Assembly: GCA_964394645.1 (NCBI GenBank)
Contig: CAYMYC010000001.1
Coordinates: 274,052-338,051, forward strand
Direction: 5' to 3'
Origin: an uncultured Gammaproteobacteria bacterium
Lineage (GTDB): Bacteria > Patescibacteriota > Microgenomatia > Levybacterales > GWA1-39-11
Length of the DNA: 64,000 bases
Below, piece by piece: positions 37,314-46,942 of this stretch. The notes under the pieces are model-generated. The model saw only the letters and a program-made list of their open reading frames with translations, was not told the origin of the DNA and made no database searches. A program made the position numbers and the translations under genes. Positions within the stretch are counted from its first letter, which is position 1; every line of letters begins with the position of its first letter.

Positions 37314-40148
37314 TTAGTTATCCGGCAAACCGCTTTTATACTTGGTTTTTGTTTCCTTATTTACTTGTTTTCTTACTGCTTTATTTTTTATCGGAGCAGT
37401 ATAAACTCTGGCATAATTTTTTCTTGATGAATCAATAATTCTTTGTATTTTTTCAGGATCTTTCTTTATTATTATCGGTAATGTTTCACCGGAAAAAGGT
37501 TCTTCGGGATTTCCCGCCGACAATTTCATATAAAACTTGTATTTTGGAAGATTGGTAAAGTTATGTCTAGTTACTAGTGGCGCAAATTGAGATTCCATCA
37601 TCTGTTCATCTTGGGGTGATGCAGTTGCAAAACAAATAACGGTTCCGGTATTTGCTAAAATAACGTTTACAACTTGACGGTCTTGCTGTTGAGAGCTTGA
37701 TTGTTCGGCAAGTGTCATGCGTAATCCAAATTTACGGCCTCCGGATAATATTCTAGTAAAAGAAGTTGTTGCAAAATTTTGAAACTCATCAACAAAAAGA
37801 TAAAAAGGTGTTCTTTCCGCCGACTCCATTCTTGCACGTCTTAATGCTGCTTGATGAATTTTTGCAATAACTGTCAAGCCTAAGACCTGAGCCGTATCTT
37901 CTCCTATTTTTCCTTCCGAGAGGTTACAGATAAGTATTTTCTTTTGACTTAATATTTCATCAAAATCTATTGTGGACTTTTCCTGTTCAATAATTCGCTT
38001 TGCAGTTGGCGAAAAAAGGAAACGGCCAACTTTTGCCGTTACTCCTGAAACCATTTTTACAACCTGGAATGATCCGGCTTTCCCAAACTCGTTCTTCCAG
38101 AAGCTTTTTAAATTTTCATCATCAAGAGTACTGACAACTTTATTTCTGAATTGTGCATCGTTTATTAGGTTGTAAAGTGTAAAAAGAGTTCTATTGGGAA
38201 CTGCAAACGACGTGTAAATAGTGTTTCTTAAAATATATTCAATCCTATGAGCATTTACATTTTCTTCCTTTGAAAATATTCTCCTAAATACTGAGATTAC
38301 ACTTTCGCAAACCAATTCTTTTTCAAGCTCAAGATCCTCGTCTTCTAATCCCTCACGAAGCTCAAGCAGATTTATACCAATCGGATACTTAAGATCAAAC
38401 GAATTAAAGTATATAACGTCATTAATTCTTTCTTTGGGAACTGTTAAAAGTAAGCTTTCAGCCAAATCCCCGTGCGGGTCAATTACGGCAACCCCACGTC
38501 CTTTTTGAATATCTTCCTTTGCCATATGATAAATAATTGTTGACTTACCGCTTCCTGTTCGACCAAGTAGGTAAACGTGTCTAGCCCGTTCTTCATCGGT
38601 CAGTCCAATTTTGGTAACAGAATTACCATACGTGTTTTTTGCAAATATAACGTCTAGTTTTCTACCATTTTTTAAAGATAATGGTGCTGCAAGTTCAGGA
38701 CTTAGGGTTTTTACCATATCCTCAGTTTTTGTAGTGTTGGTGTATGGGAAATGGTAAATATCTGACATTTCAGAAGTTGATAATATTGGATTTTGGTTGA
38801 GAGATGTGCTTGATGCAAGAACTCTATTTTTAAAGTTAGAGAGGCGTTTATTTGTAGGATTTATAATAAATGACTTCTTGGAAACAAGACTTTGATAAGG
38901 ACTGTTAGTTAATCCAAAAGAGGAGATAATGCCTTCCATCCGCATATCTATATCTTTTTCCTCATGACCTGCAATAAGTATTCTTATCGTGCTTTCAAAT
39001 AGATGTTGGTCAATCTTGTCTTTAACTATAGTTTTTAGTTCCTGCTCGTAAGGATTAAGTATCTCTTGAGGAATATTAGTCATTTTTGCCATCATTAAAA
39101 ATGGGACAGTCTTTCCGCTTGAGTCAACGAACGCCATAACCATACTCCACAGAAACATAAGTGAAAAAGAGAATATCTTAATTAGGGCTTTTAACCCTAA
39201 AACAAAAATTGATATACCCGGTATTTCTCCAAGTTGGTCAAGAGGACTCTTGGAAAACGAGGACGTTAACGGTACGCCTTTGTACATTTTGTGTCTTAAC
39301 TTATTCATTTCTGCTATTTGTTTTATGTGGACACCTTTTAGTACAGGTGTTGTAATGACCTGAAATGAAACGAGCGCGTCTTTAGTAAGATTTGTCATAT
39401 GCCCCGTGAGATACGCAATTGGGTCATGCTCCTCAAGTGTTTTTTGTTTATTTAAAGGAAGAGCAAAATGGCTTGAAAGCTTAAACTCCGCAATACTAAT
39501 TCGTTTTTCTTCTAATTTTAGTTTTTCATCAAGATAGTCATTAACTTCTTTTATCTTTATTCCCGGTAGATATGACAAAAGACTTCTTTTCAAGACATCC
39601 GCATCCTTTAAAGGTGCAACGAGAAGAAATCTTATTCCTTCATTTTTTGTTGAAACAATTTCGAGTGAATATTGTTTCTTCTGACCTGTTAAATTTTCAA
39701 AGAAACTTTTTCTACGGGCAAGAGTATGAATGAGGGTATATAGCTCTTGTGTCGCATAAGAAGATTTACTCGTGTCTGAAGGAAAAGTTAATTCAAGGAA
39801 CTTCTTTTCCTCAGTTTCTTTTGCAAATCTTTTAAGAATCATTGGCGCTACCAATTTTGATATTTTAATTAATCCTCTGATTAGAAAATACAAAATTACA
39901 ATAGAAAGAATAGGACTTGTGAGGATAATAAACGTAAGAAGCATAGGTGGGATATGGGGCAAGGGAAGATGCGAGAAGTAGTTGTATATTGCAAGACGCC
40001 ATTCTATGGGCAGAGGCAGAACCATTAGCAATAACAGAGGTCCTTGAGTGGTTGATATCGCGTGATTTTGTATTTGATGCAACAGTTGTAGCTGTTGATA
40101 TTCAACAGCATTATGTGGAATAAATGTTGGTTGCGGACTCACGCCCAT
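37314..40148 (-). CDS. Type IV coupling protein-like (TraG/VirD4/TrwB) ATPase
   Basis: RHVYLLGRTGSGKST, IDPHGDL, LFVDEFQNF, GRKFGL; N-terminal TM segments. Confidence 0.88.
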   Translation of the reverse strand: MGVSPQPTFIPHNAVEYQQLQLLHQIQNHAISTTQGPLLLLMVLPLPIEWRLAIYNYFSHLPLPHIPPMLLTFIILTSPILSIVILYFLIRGLIKISKLVAPMILKRFAKETEEKKFLELTFPSDTSKSSYATQELYTLIHTLARRKSFFENLTGQKKQYSLEIVSTKNEGIRFLLVAPLKDADVLKRSLLSYLPGIKIKEVNDYLDEKLKLEEKRISIAEFKLSSHFALPLNKQKTLEEHDPIAYLTGHMTNLTKDALVSFQVITTPVLKGVHIKQIAEMNKLRHKMYKGVPLTSSFSKSPLDQLGEIPGISIFVLGLKALIKIFSFSLMFLWSMVMAFVDSSGKTVPFLMMAKMTNIPQEILNPYEQELKTIVKDKIDQHLFESTIRILIAGHEEKDIDMRMEGIISSFGLTNSPYQSLVSKKSFIINPTNKRLSNFKNRVLASSTSLNQNPILSTSEMSDIYHFPYTNTTKTEDMVKTLSPELAAPLSLKNGRKLDVIFAKNTYGNSVTKIGLTDEERARHVYLLGRTGSGKSTIIYHMAKEDIQKGRGVAVIDPHGDLAESLLLTVPKERINDVIYFNSFDLKYPIGINLLELREGLEDEDLELEKELVCESVISVFRRIFSKEENVNAHRIEYILRNTIYTSFAVPNRTLFTLYNLINDAQFRNKVVSTLDDENLKSFWKNEFGKAGSFQVVKMVSGVTAKVGRFLFSPTAKRIIEQEKSTIDFDEILSQKKILICNLSEGKIGEDTAQVLGLTVIAKIHQAALRRARMESAERTPFYLFVDEFQNFATTSFTRILSGGRKFGLRMTLAEQSSSQQQDRQVVNVILANTGTVICFATASPQDEQMMESQFAPLVTRHNFTNLPKYKFYMKLSAGNPEEPFSGETLPIIIKKDPEKIQRIIDSSRKNYARVYTAPIKNKAVRKQVNKETKTKYKSGLPDN

Positions 40149-40311
40149 ATATTTTGGGCAGCAGTAAAGAAAGTGTATCAGAGTGTATCAAAACGTAATC
40201 GAGAATACAATATTTAATAATTTCTCTAGGCTCTGCGAGAAACCAAAGGCTGCCTCTTTTAAACAGAGCTTAGAAAAATTATTTTTACCTCAATTTAGCC
40301 TCAATTACCCC

Positions 40312-40358
40312 TTGACAACTATACATATTTGTATATATACTCTATACAGATATGTATA
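40312..40358 (+). promoter_or_regulatory. LSR3 operon promoter with two palindromic operators
   Basis: TTGACA (40312)-18-TATACT (40336); TATACA-N4-TGTATA at 40320-40335 and 40343-40358. Confidence 0.75.
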
Positions 40359-40383
40359 TATAAAAGAGTTGGTATTTGTAACT

Positions 40384-40674
40384 ATGGAAGGCTTAGAAAG
40401 ACAACAAATGGTAGGTGAATCAGATAATAGACAAGGGATTTACGAAGAATTAAATCAATACTTCAATGACCAAAACAAAGAACAAAAAGCAATTTTAGAA
40501 GCACGTGAAATTTTAGGTGACTGTACAGAAAGTCTGACGGATGAAGAAATATATAACCTAGCAAGTGAGGCACAATATCTGGTTGATTGCTGGTTTGAAG
40601 AATTTGAAAAAAGTATATTTTTTGGGAAAACCTTAAATGATTTATTGGGACTTAACAGAAATGAATACAAATAA
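40384..40674 (+). CDS. 96-aa protein upstream of LSR3
   Basis: ATG downstream of the promoter; overlaps the LSR3 start; EAREILG...LTDEEI resembles the 6859 peptide. Confidence 0.75.
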   Translation: MEGLERQQMVGESDNRQGIYEELNQYFNDQNKEQKAILEAREILGDCTESLTDEEIYNLASEAQYLVDCWFEEFEKSIFFGKTLNDLLGLNRNEYK

Positions 40675-42253
40675 TACATTTTCCGGAACGAAAAAGGCAT
40701 TGATATATATCCGTGTTTCATCAGAGGAACAGGTTGAGAATTTTTCTCTACAAACTCAGGAGGAAATATGCAGAAGAGATGCGAAATATAAGGGATATGA
40801 AATATTACAAGTTTTTCGAGAAGAGGGAAAATCTGCAAAAACAATTAAAGGAAGGCCAACTCTTCTTGAAATGCTTGATTTCTGTCGCAAGAATAGAAAA
40901 GAAGTTAGTGCGATATTTGTCTACAGGTTGGATCGCTTATCAAGACAAACCTCTGATTACTTAACAATCCGTGCAAAACTTTTAACTTATGATATTTCAA
41001 TTATTTCTGCAACTGAACCTACTGGAAATTCACCTACGGAGAAACTATTAGAAACTGTTCTTGCAAGCTTTGCGCAGCATGATAACGATGTTCGATCCGA
41101 GAGAACCAAAAATGGTATGAGAGCAAGATTTCTAGCAGGACTCATAACTAATAAGTTGCCACCCGGATACATCAATGAAGGAGGTTTTGCTGTTAAGGAT
41201 CCAGAAACGTTCGAAATTATAAAAAGAGCATGGGATTTAATGGCAACCGGAACGAAAAGCTTAAGAGAGATAAGGGAAATAATAGCAAACTGGGGATTAG
41301 AGCTAAAACCCTTAGCTGTTCATAGAATATTTCATAATAAATTCTATTGTGGATTGCTGGTCTCCCCGAAATATCCGGAAATAGTTCAAGGACAACACTC
41401 TCCTATGATTACAGAGGAACAATTTTATAAAGTTCAGGCAATTTTGTCAGGTCGGGATACAAATAGGCTTGTAATGCCGAGAAAAAGCAGGGACAACGAA
41501 GAGTTTCCTCTCAGACGAATAATGAGGTGTGGAAATTGTGGAACATCATTTACCGGAGCTAAAAGTAAAGGGCGAAGCACCCGATATTCATATTATTTCT
41601 GTAAAAAAAGATGCGTTACAAAATCAATCCCTGTTAAAGATTTAGACGAGGAGTTTTTTAAATTATTAAAGAAATTTACCCCAACAGAGCAAGGAATCAA
41701 ACTTTATACGGCATGTATGCTTAGAACTTACAATAAAAATTTATTACTTGTTCAGAAAAAGAAGAATATAGCGGATGAAGAAATTAAAAAACTTTATGGT
41801 TTGAGACAAACGCTTATTGAAAAGAATATGGCGGGAACATATTCTGATGAAATATTTAAAGAACAAAATGCCTTAATTGAAGACAAGCTTATTTCAGCAA
41901 TAGCTTCAAAAGATGATATCTTACTTGAGAAATATGACATTAATGCCATTACGGACTTTATTAGAGATAAATTTACGAATCTTAAAGAAACCTATGTTAA
42001 TTCGAGCCTGAATGTAAAAAGAGTGCTTCTTGGTTCGATATCACCCTCCGGGTTCTCTTGGGACTATCCGGGATGTTCGAACCGTGGGATTAGCCCGCTA
42101 TATCAACCTATTTTAGATGTTGAGAATGCGGGTGTTCCGTTTGGTGACCCCACGGGAAGTCGAATCCCGGTTACCAGAATGAGAATCTGGTGTCCTAACC
42201 ACTGGACGATGGGGCCTCTAAAGGTTGAACACATTAATCTTTCAACAACATGA
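40661..42253 (+). CDS. Large serine recombinase LSR3, reading through tRNA-Glu antisense
   Basis: YIRVS, VYRLDRLSR, CGNC...YYFC zinc ribbon; the tail GDPTGSRIPVTRMRIWCPNHWTMG is the tRNA reverse complement. Confidence 0.95.
   Translation: MNTNNTFSGTKKALIYIRVSSEEQVENFSLQTQEEICRRDAKYKGYEILQVFREEGKSAKTIKGRPTLLEMLDFCRKNRKEVSAIFVYRLDRLSRQTSDYLTIRAKLLTYDISIISATEPTGNSPTEKLLETVLASFAQHDNDVRSERTKNGMRARFLAGLITNKLPPGYINEGGFAVKDPETFEIIKRAWDLMATGTKSLREIREIIANWGLELKPLAVHRIFHNKFYCGLLVSPKYPEIVQGQHSPMITEEQFYKVQAILSGRDTNRLVMPRKSRDNEEFPLRRIMRCGNCGTSFTGAKSKGRSTRYSYYFCKKRCVTKSIPVKDLDEEFFKLLKKFTPTEQGIKLYTACMLRTYNKNLLLVQKKKNIADEEIKKLYGLRQTLIEKNMAGTYSDEIFKEQNALIEDKLISAIASKDDILLEKYDINAITDFIRDKFTNLKETYVNSSLNVKRVLLGSISPSGFSWDYPGCSNRGISPLYQPILDVENAGVPFGDPTGSRIPVTRMRIWCPNHWTMGPLKVEHINLSTT
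42142..42216 (-). tRNA. tRNA-Glu (anticodon CTC)
   Basis: GGCCCCATCGTCCAGTGGTTAGGACACCAGATTCTCATTCTGGTAACCGGGATTCGACTTCCCGTGGGGTCACCA: acceptor GGCCCCA/TGGGGTC, anticodon stem CCAGA/TCTGG, T arm CGGGA-TTCGACT-TCCCG, CCA end. Confidence 0.97.
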
Positions 42254-42347
42254 ATAATTATAACAAAACCGAGGCTAAAGTCAAAAGTCCTGCACTTGTA
42301 TGCCCTCAATTAATGGCTGATGTCGCCGTGGGTGTATTTTACTGTAT

Positions 42348-43259
42348 TTAGGTATTTGAACTCAAGCGTTGATGCTTTATTGCTTGCGTAGAGATGTATT
42401 TCTCCTTACATTCTTTTTTACAAAACGCAACATTTAACTCTCTATCCAAACAATTATTGCAGCATATGTAATGCAGATGGCACATATCATATTCACAATT
42501 TACATAAGAATCACAAGGAGTCTTGCAGTGCATACAAGATCCAACTACTTCAGTATTCATTCCAATGGTAATACGATTGTCAAAAACATATAACTTTCCC
42601 TTGAAGTGTTGTCCTGGATATTTTTCCATATAAGTATGTATCCCGTCTTTTAGTTGATATACGTCCTTGAATCCATTTTCAACTAAAAATCCTGATGCCT
42701 TCTCGCATCTCACCCCTCCTGTGCAGACAGTTACAAGTGTCTTGTCCTTTAAGTGGGAAAGTGTAGGTAAAACGTTTTTCAAATCAAAAAAATTCTTTAT
42801 ACCAGACGGAACAAATCCTTCAAAATAACCAGACGCATATTCGTAATCGTTTCTCATATCTATAATGTAAAATTCTTTTTTATCCGCAAACCATGTGTGC
42901 AGTTCTTCAGATGTTATATATTTACCTGTAGTAGTATTTGGATTGAGCTTTCTCATTCCGGCAGTCACTATTTCAGGGCGTATTTTTATCTTAAGTTTTG
43001 GAAATGCACGCCCCGTTCCTGGACTTTTCTTATAGGTGATTTTTTTAAAAAGCGCTGATTTATTCATTTCCTCTATATACTTTTCTGTATTGGCAGAAGT
43101 TCCCTCAAGCGTTCCATTAATTCCTTCAGTGGCTATTATAATTCTTCCTAAAAGTCCTAGTTTTTCACAGAGTTTCCTTTGTTGAGTTTTTACCTCATCT
43201 GGGTTGTTTAGTCTAATATATTTATAGAAAAGTAAAACACAGTGTTTTGTGTCTTTCAT
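42348..43259 (-). CDS. trhO: Rhodanese-domain tRNA uridine(34) hydroxylase (TrhO/YceA/UPF0176)
   Basis: LLFYKY, GRIIIATEGINGT, IDMRNDYE, CTGGVRCEKAS, GKLYVFDNR. Confidence 0.9.
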   Translation of the reverse strand: MKDTKHCVLLFYKYIRLNNPDEVKTQQRKLCEKLGLLGRIIIATEGINGTLEGTSANTEKYIEEMNKSALFKKITYKKSPGTGRAFPKLKIKIRPEIVTAGMRKLNPNTTTGKYITSEELHTWFADKKEFYIIDMRNDYEYASGYFEGFVPSGIKNFFDLKNVLPTLSHLKDKTLVTVCTGGVRCEKASGFLVENGFKDVYQLKDGIHTYMEKYPGQHFKGKLYVFDNRITIGMNTEVVGSCMHCKTPCDSYVNCEYDMCHLHYICCNNCLDRELNVAFCKKECKEKYISTQAIKHQRLSSNT

Positions 43260-43347
43260 AGTGAGAGTATACCAAAAATTATTGTTTTTCTCGAATTGAT
43301 AGGTATTAGGTGCTTGTGCGCTGTAGCAGAAATGATATGATAGCTTA

Positions 43348-44961
43348 ATGAGGGTGCTTTTAAAAAGCAAAATATTTTGGACTCTGACAGCTTTAGTTTT
43401 TCTGGGTCTTTGTCTTAGGCTTTATTCCTTCTCTTCTATTACTTTTGGTTATGATCAGGCACGGGATGCGTTTATAGCACAAGATATATTCTTAAAAGGC
43501 GACTTAAAAATACTGGGTCCTAGCTCTGATATTCACGGACTACACCATGGGGTTTTATATTGGTATCTGATCTCTCCGTTCTATGCATTTTCGTATGGAG
43601 GAGTTTTTGCAGTTAAAATTTTTGTGATCCTGGTAGGTTTACTTTCGATTCCCCTGACTTATATACTTGCGAAAAAGATGTTCAACGATTCATGGGTAGC
43701 CATGATCTCAGCTTTTTTTATTGCAGTCTCTTATGAGGCAATTTCCTATAGTCATTGGTTGTCAAATCCCTCATTTGCATTCGTAACAATTCTGCTTTCA
43801 TTCCTCTTTTTATGGATGTATGTAAAGGAAAATTTTAAATATGGACTATTTGCAACTGCATTTTTTTGGGGATTATCAGTTCAATTTGAAATATTTCTTT
43901 TATATCAAGCTGTTGTTTTTCTTATAATTCTTATTTTATTTCGGAAAATAAACGTAAAGGACATATTTATTAGTTTTTTTATTTTTGCTCTTACGATATC
44001 GCCTTTGATTTTAGGTGAAATTAAGTTTGGATACCCAGGAATATTAGGAATACTGTCATTTTTTACAGGGTATGCCGGGGAACGTGGACAAACAATTTCG
44101 GAGATGGGAAGCAGGGCAAGCGATAAGCTTTTTAGAATCCCGTATTACAATTTCTTATCCAGTACTGGTGCATCTTTTATATTTGCTTTTCTATTGCTTG
44201 CAGTAGGGATAATTTACTCAGTTCTTTTAAAAGACAAAAGGGTTTTCTTTTTGACTCTTTGGTTTGTTTCTCCTGTTGTCTTGTTTTTTACAGGATCTAC
44301 TAATATTTACTTTGTGTTTATTGGGTGTGTGATTCCACTTGCTATATTAACAGCATTTTATTTGCGTGAATTATTTATTCAAAAAAAAGCATATTTACCC
44401 TGTATTTTATTACTGCTTTTAGTTTTTGGTAGCAATATCTATCTCCTCTATGAAAATAAGGGAAAAGGTGAAACGTTATTTTCTGTACAAAAGGATATGG
44501 TATATGATACGCAAACTAAAATGCTTGACTTTATATATGAAGAAGCTGGCGGAAAGCCTTTTCGGATTAATACCATTACAAATCCACTTTTTATAAATAC
44601 TACTTGGAGTTTTCTTTTTGACTCTTATGGAAGAAAAACCTATGGGTACATGCCGTTCTATTGGGGGTATCCCCAAAATGGTCAGTTTGGAGAGGGAGTG
44701 GAGTACAGTAAGGATTTCAAAGGATCCAAAAATTTGATATTTTTAATCCATGAACCAAGTGGCGGAATTCCAGATTTTTATAGAAACGGAATTATAAAAT
44801 TTGAAGATACCAGATCAAAAGTTATTAAATCAAAAATGTTTGGTGAGTTTAGGGTAGAAAAGCGAATTATCACAGTGGATAAACCATTTTTAAAAGAAGA
44901 GATAGATGAGAGCATTAAAAATAACGATTTACGCGATGTTAGATTAAAAGGATTAGAATAG
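43348..44961 (+). CDS. GT-C fold membrane glycosyltransferase (ArnT/PMT-like)
   Basis: First TM followed by FGYDQARDA acidic loop; polytopic. Confidence 0.85.
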   Translation: MRVLLKSKIFWTLTALVFLGLCLRLYSFSSITFGYDQARDAFIAQDIFLKGDLKILGPSSDIHGLHHGVLYWYLISPFYAFSYGGVFAVKIFVILVGLLSIPLTYILAKKMFNDSWVAMISAFFIAVSYEAISYSHWLSNPSFAFVTILLSFLFLWMYVKENFKYGLFATAFFWGLSVQFEIFLLYQAVVFLIILILFRKINVKDIFISFFIFALTISPLILGEIKFGYPGILGILSFFTGYAGERGQTISEMGSRASDKLFRIPYYNFLSSTGASFIFAFLLLAVGIIYSVLLKDKRVFFLTLWFVSPVVLFFTGSTNIYFVFIGCVIPLAILTAFYLRELFIQKKAYLPCILLLLLVFGSNIYLLYENKGKGETLFSVQKDMVYDTQTKMLDFIYEEAGGKPFRINTITNPLFINTTWSFLFDSYGRKTYGYMPFYWGYPQNGQFGEGVEYSKDFKGSKNLIFLIHEPSGGIPDFYRNGIIKFEDTRSKVIKSKMFGEFRVEKRIITVDKPFLKEEIDESIKNNDLRDVRLKGLE

Positions 44962-45038
44962 GGAGGATTTCAAATGAGATTCATTTATCCTGATAATATT
45001 CGCTCGAATCTTTATTTTCTTCCTGATATAATATTTGC

Positions 45039-45785
45039 ATGAAGATATCTGTTGTAATTCCCTCATATAATGAAATGGCTAACCTGCAAAAGGGAACTCT
45101 TGAGAAAGTGGAACGTTACATGGAGCGGCGTAAGTATCATTATGAGGTACTGGTGGTGGATGATGGCTCCACTGATGGGAGTTTAGAGTTTGTAAAGGAA
45201 TTTACAATTGAAAATCGTCATTTCAAGTTACTGGAAAACCCGCATACTGGAAAAGCAGGCGCAGTTACTGCGGGAATGTTAAGAGCATCTGGAGACTTGA
45301 TACTTTTTACGGATATGGACCAAGCAACTCCAATAACTGAACTTGAGAAACTTATTCCATATACTGAAAAGGGGTATGATATAGTAATAGGCTCCAGAAG
45401 TACAACTAGAAGGGGCGCGCCATTCACGAGAAAAATAATGAGTCAGGGAATGATTGCCCTCCGGTCGATTCTTGTAGGCTTGCCGCAGATTCATGATACT
45501 CAGTGCGGATTTAAACTTTTTAAAAAAAAGCCAAGCGACAAAGTTTTTGAAAAAATAAAAAAAATTCATAAGGGATTTAAGGCAATTCATGGTTCATCTG
45601 TTACGGCAGGATTTGATGTTGAGTTGTTATATATTGCTGAAAAATTTGGATATAAAATAAAAGAAGTACCGGTAGATTGGTTATATGTTGAAACAAGACG
45701 GGTAAATCCAATATTTGATTCTATAGATGGTCTTATGGATTTAATAAGAATCAGAAAAAACATCTTCAAGCGTGTGTATGATTAA
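45039..45785 (+). CDS. GT2 polyprenyl-phosphate glycosyltransferase (Alg5/DPG synthase-like)
   Basis: VIPSYNE, VDDGSTD, GKAGAV, FTDMD, DTQCGFKLF, FDVELL. Confidence 0.92.
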   Translation: MKISVVIPSYNEMANLQKGTLEKVERYMERRKYHYEVLVVDDGSTDGSLEFVKEFTIENRHFKLLENPHTGKAGAVTAGMLRASGDLILFTDMDQATPITELEKLIPYTEKGYDIVIGSRSTTRRGAPFTRKIMSQGMIALRSILVGLPQIHDTQCGFKLFKKKPSDKVFEKIKKIHKGFKAIHGSSVTAGFDVELLYIAEKFGYKIKEVPVDWLYVETRRVNPIFDSIDGLMDLIRIRKNIFKRVYD

Positions 45786-46941
45786 AAAAATTACATTTTT
45801 TTTCTGGGTTTTTGCATGTATATCATTATTTCTTTACTCATTTGTGCAAGTTGACTTGGGTCTAACTTTAAATCGCGCATCGATTGTCCAAACTATTCAA
45901 AAATCATTTCAATACGTTGGGTATTTTAACCGACCTTTATCTACATATTTATTTATATCAGTTGTATTGTTTTTATTTACAATCTATTGTTTTACGATGT
46001 ATGGAGTTTACAGAAAATGGTTATCAGGCAAAATTATTTGGACCATTATATTCTTCGCAAGCGTTGTACTTCTGTTTTCTTATAATGCTTTTTCATATGA
46101 TTTGTTTAACTATATATTTGACGCAAAAATAATAACGTATTATGGGCAGAGTCCATATGAGCATAAAGCACTTGATTATCCCTCTGACCCTATGTTAGGG
46201 TTCATGCATTGGACGCATAGAACATATCCATATGGTCCGTTATGGCTTGGAATAACAACTCCTTTATCATTTTTGGGAGGCGGATATTTTTTACCAACAT
46301 TTTATATATTTAAACTCCTTATGGTGGGTGCGTATCTTCTTTGTTCAGTGATGATTTATAAAATCGCAAAGAAAACGAAATTAGTAAACCCCGTTTTCGC
46401 TTTAACTTTTTTTGCATTAAACCCATTTGTTATGGTTGAATCGCTTGTTTCAGCGCACAATGATATTGTGATGATGGGGCTTGTGATGACGAGTGCATAC
46501 TTATTAATTAGTAAACATAAATTCAAGGGTTTTCTATTTTTTGCTCTTTCAGTTCTTGTTAAATTCGCAACAATTTTACTTATACCCTTATTTTTATGGT
46601 ATCCCATTTCAAAACAAAAAAACAAAGATTTTGTATTTTTTCTAGGTTCAGTTGTTCTTATGATGGTTGGTGTGTATCTTGCTTCTTCTAGAACTACATT
46701 TCAGCCATGGTATTTTCTACTCGTATTTCCTTTTGCATCACTTATTTCAAACAGATATTTTGTTTTTCTCCCTGTTGTGATATTTTCACTTCTAATATTG
46801 TTTCAATACGTTCCGTATTTTTATACAGGGAATTACGATCCTCCCGTGCCTGTTATTATGAATCAAATGCTTGGGTGGAGTATAGGATTATGTATTGGCT
46901 CAACTCTCATATTTAGATTTTTTAAGAGAATAAAAAAATAA
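45778..46941 (+). CDS. GT-C glycosyltransferase (MptA/B-like)
   Basis: FSYDLFNY, YPYGPLW, AHNDIVM, FQPWY. Confidence 0.82.
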   Translation: MIKKITFFFWVFACISLFLYSFVQVDLGLTLNRASIVQTIQKSFQYVGYFNRPLSTYLFISVVLFLFTIYCFTMYGVYRKWLSGKIIWTIIFFASVVLLFSYNAFSYDLFNYIFDAKIITYYGQSPYEHKALDYPSDPMLGFMHWTHRTYPYGPLWLGITTPLSFLGGGYFLPTFYIFKLLMVGAYLLCSVMIYKIAKKTKLVNPVFALTFFALNPFVMVESLVSAHNDIVMMGLVMTSAYLLISKHKFKGFLFFALSVLVKFATILLIPLFLWYPISKQKNKDFVFFLGSVVLMMVGVYLASSRTTFQPWYFLLVFPFASLISNRYFVFLPVVIFSLLILFQYVPYFYTGNYDPPVPVIMNQMLGWSIGLCIGSTLIFRFFKRIKK

Positions 46942-46942
46942 C

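Larger units (their letters stand above)
24747..42150. mobile_element. Integrative mobilizable element E3 (~17.4 kb) at tRNA-Glu
   Basis: GTGACCC core at 24747-24753 and 42144-42150; LSR3, relaxase and coupling ATPase inside; orphan in-frame integrase tail at the left end. Confidence 0.8.

Noticed and set aside
40143-40190. GCCCA/TGGGC hairpin and AGTGTATCA tandem near the coupling-protein start as an oriT
   Set aside because: Too short to distinguish from chance or an ordinary operator.
40183-40383. N-terminal extension of the 163-aa ORF
   Set aside because: It spans the promoter and operators; ATG 40384 is the better start.
42103-42309. 68-aa minus-strand ORF
   Set aside because: It is a translation of the tRNA-Glu sense strand, not a credible protein.
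43260-43370. N-terminal extension of trhO
   Set aside because: It overlaps the divergent gene; family motifs begin after ATG 43259, which has TGGTATACT 6 nt upstream.
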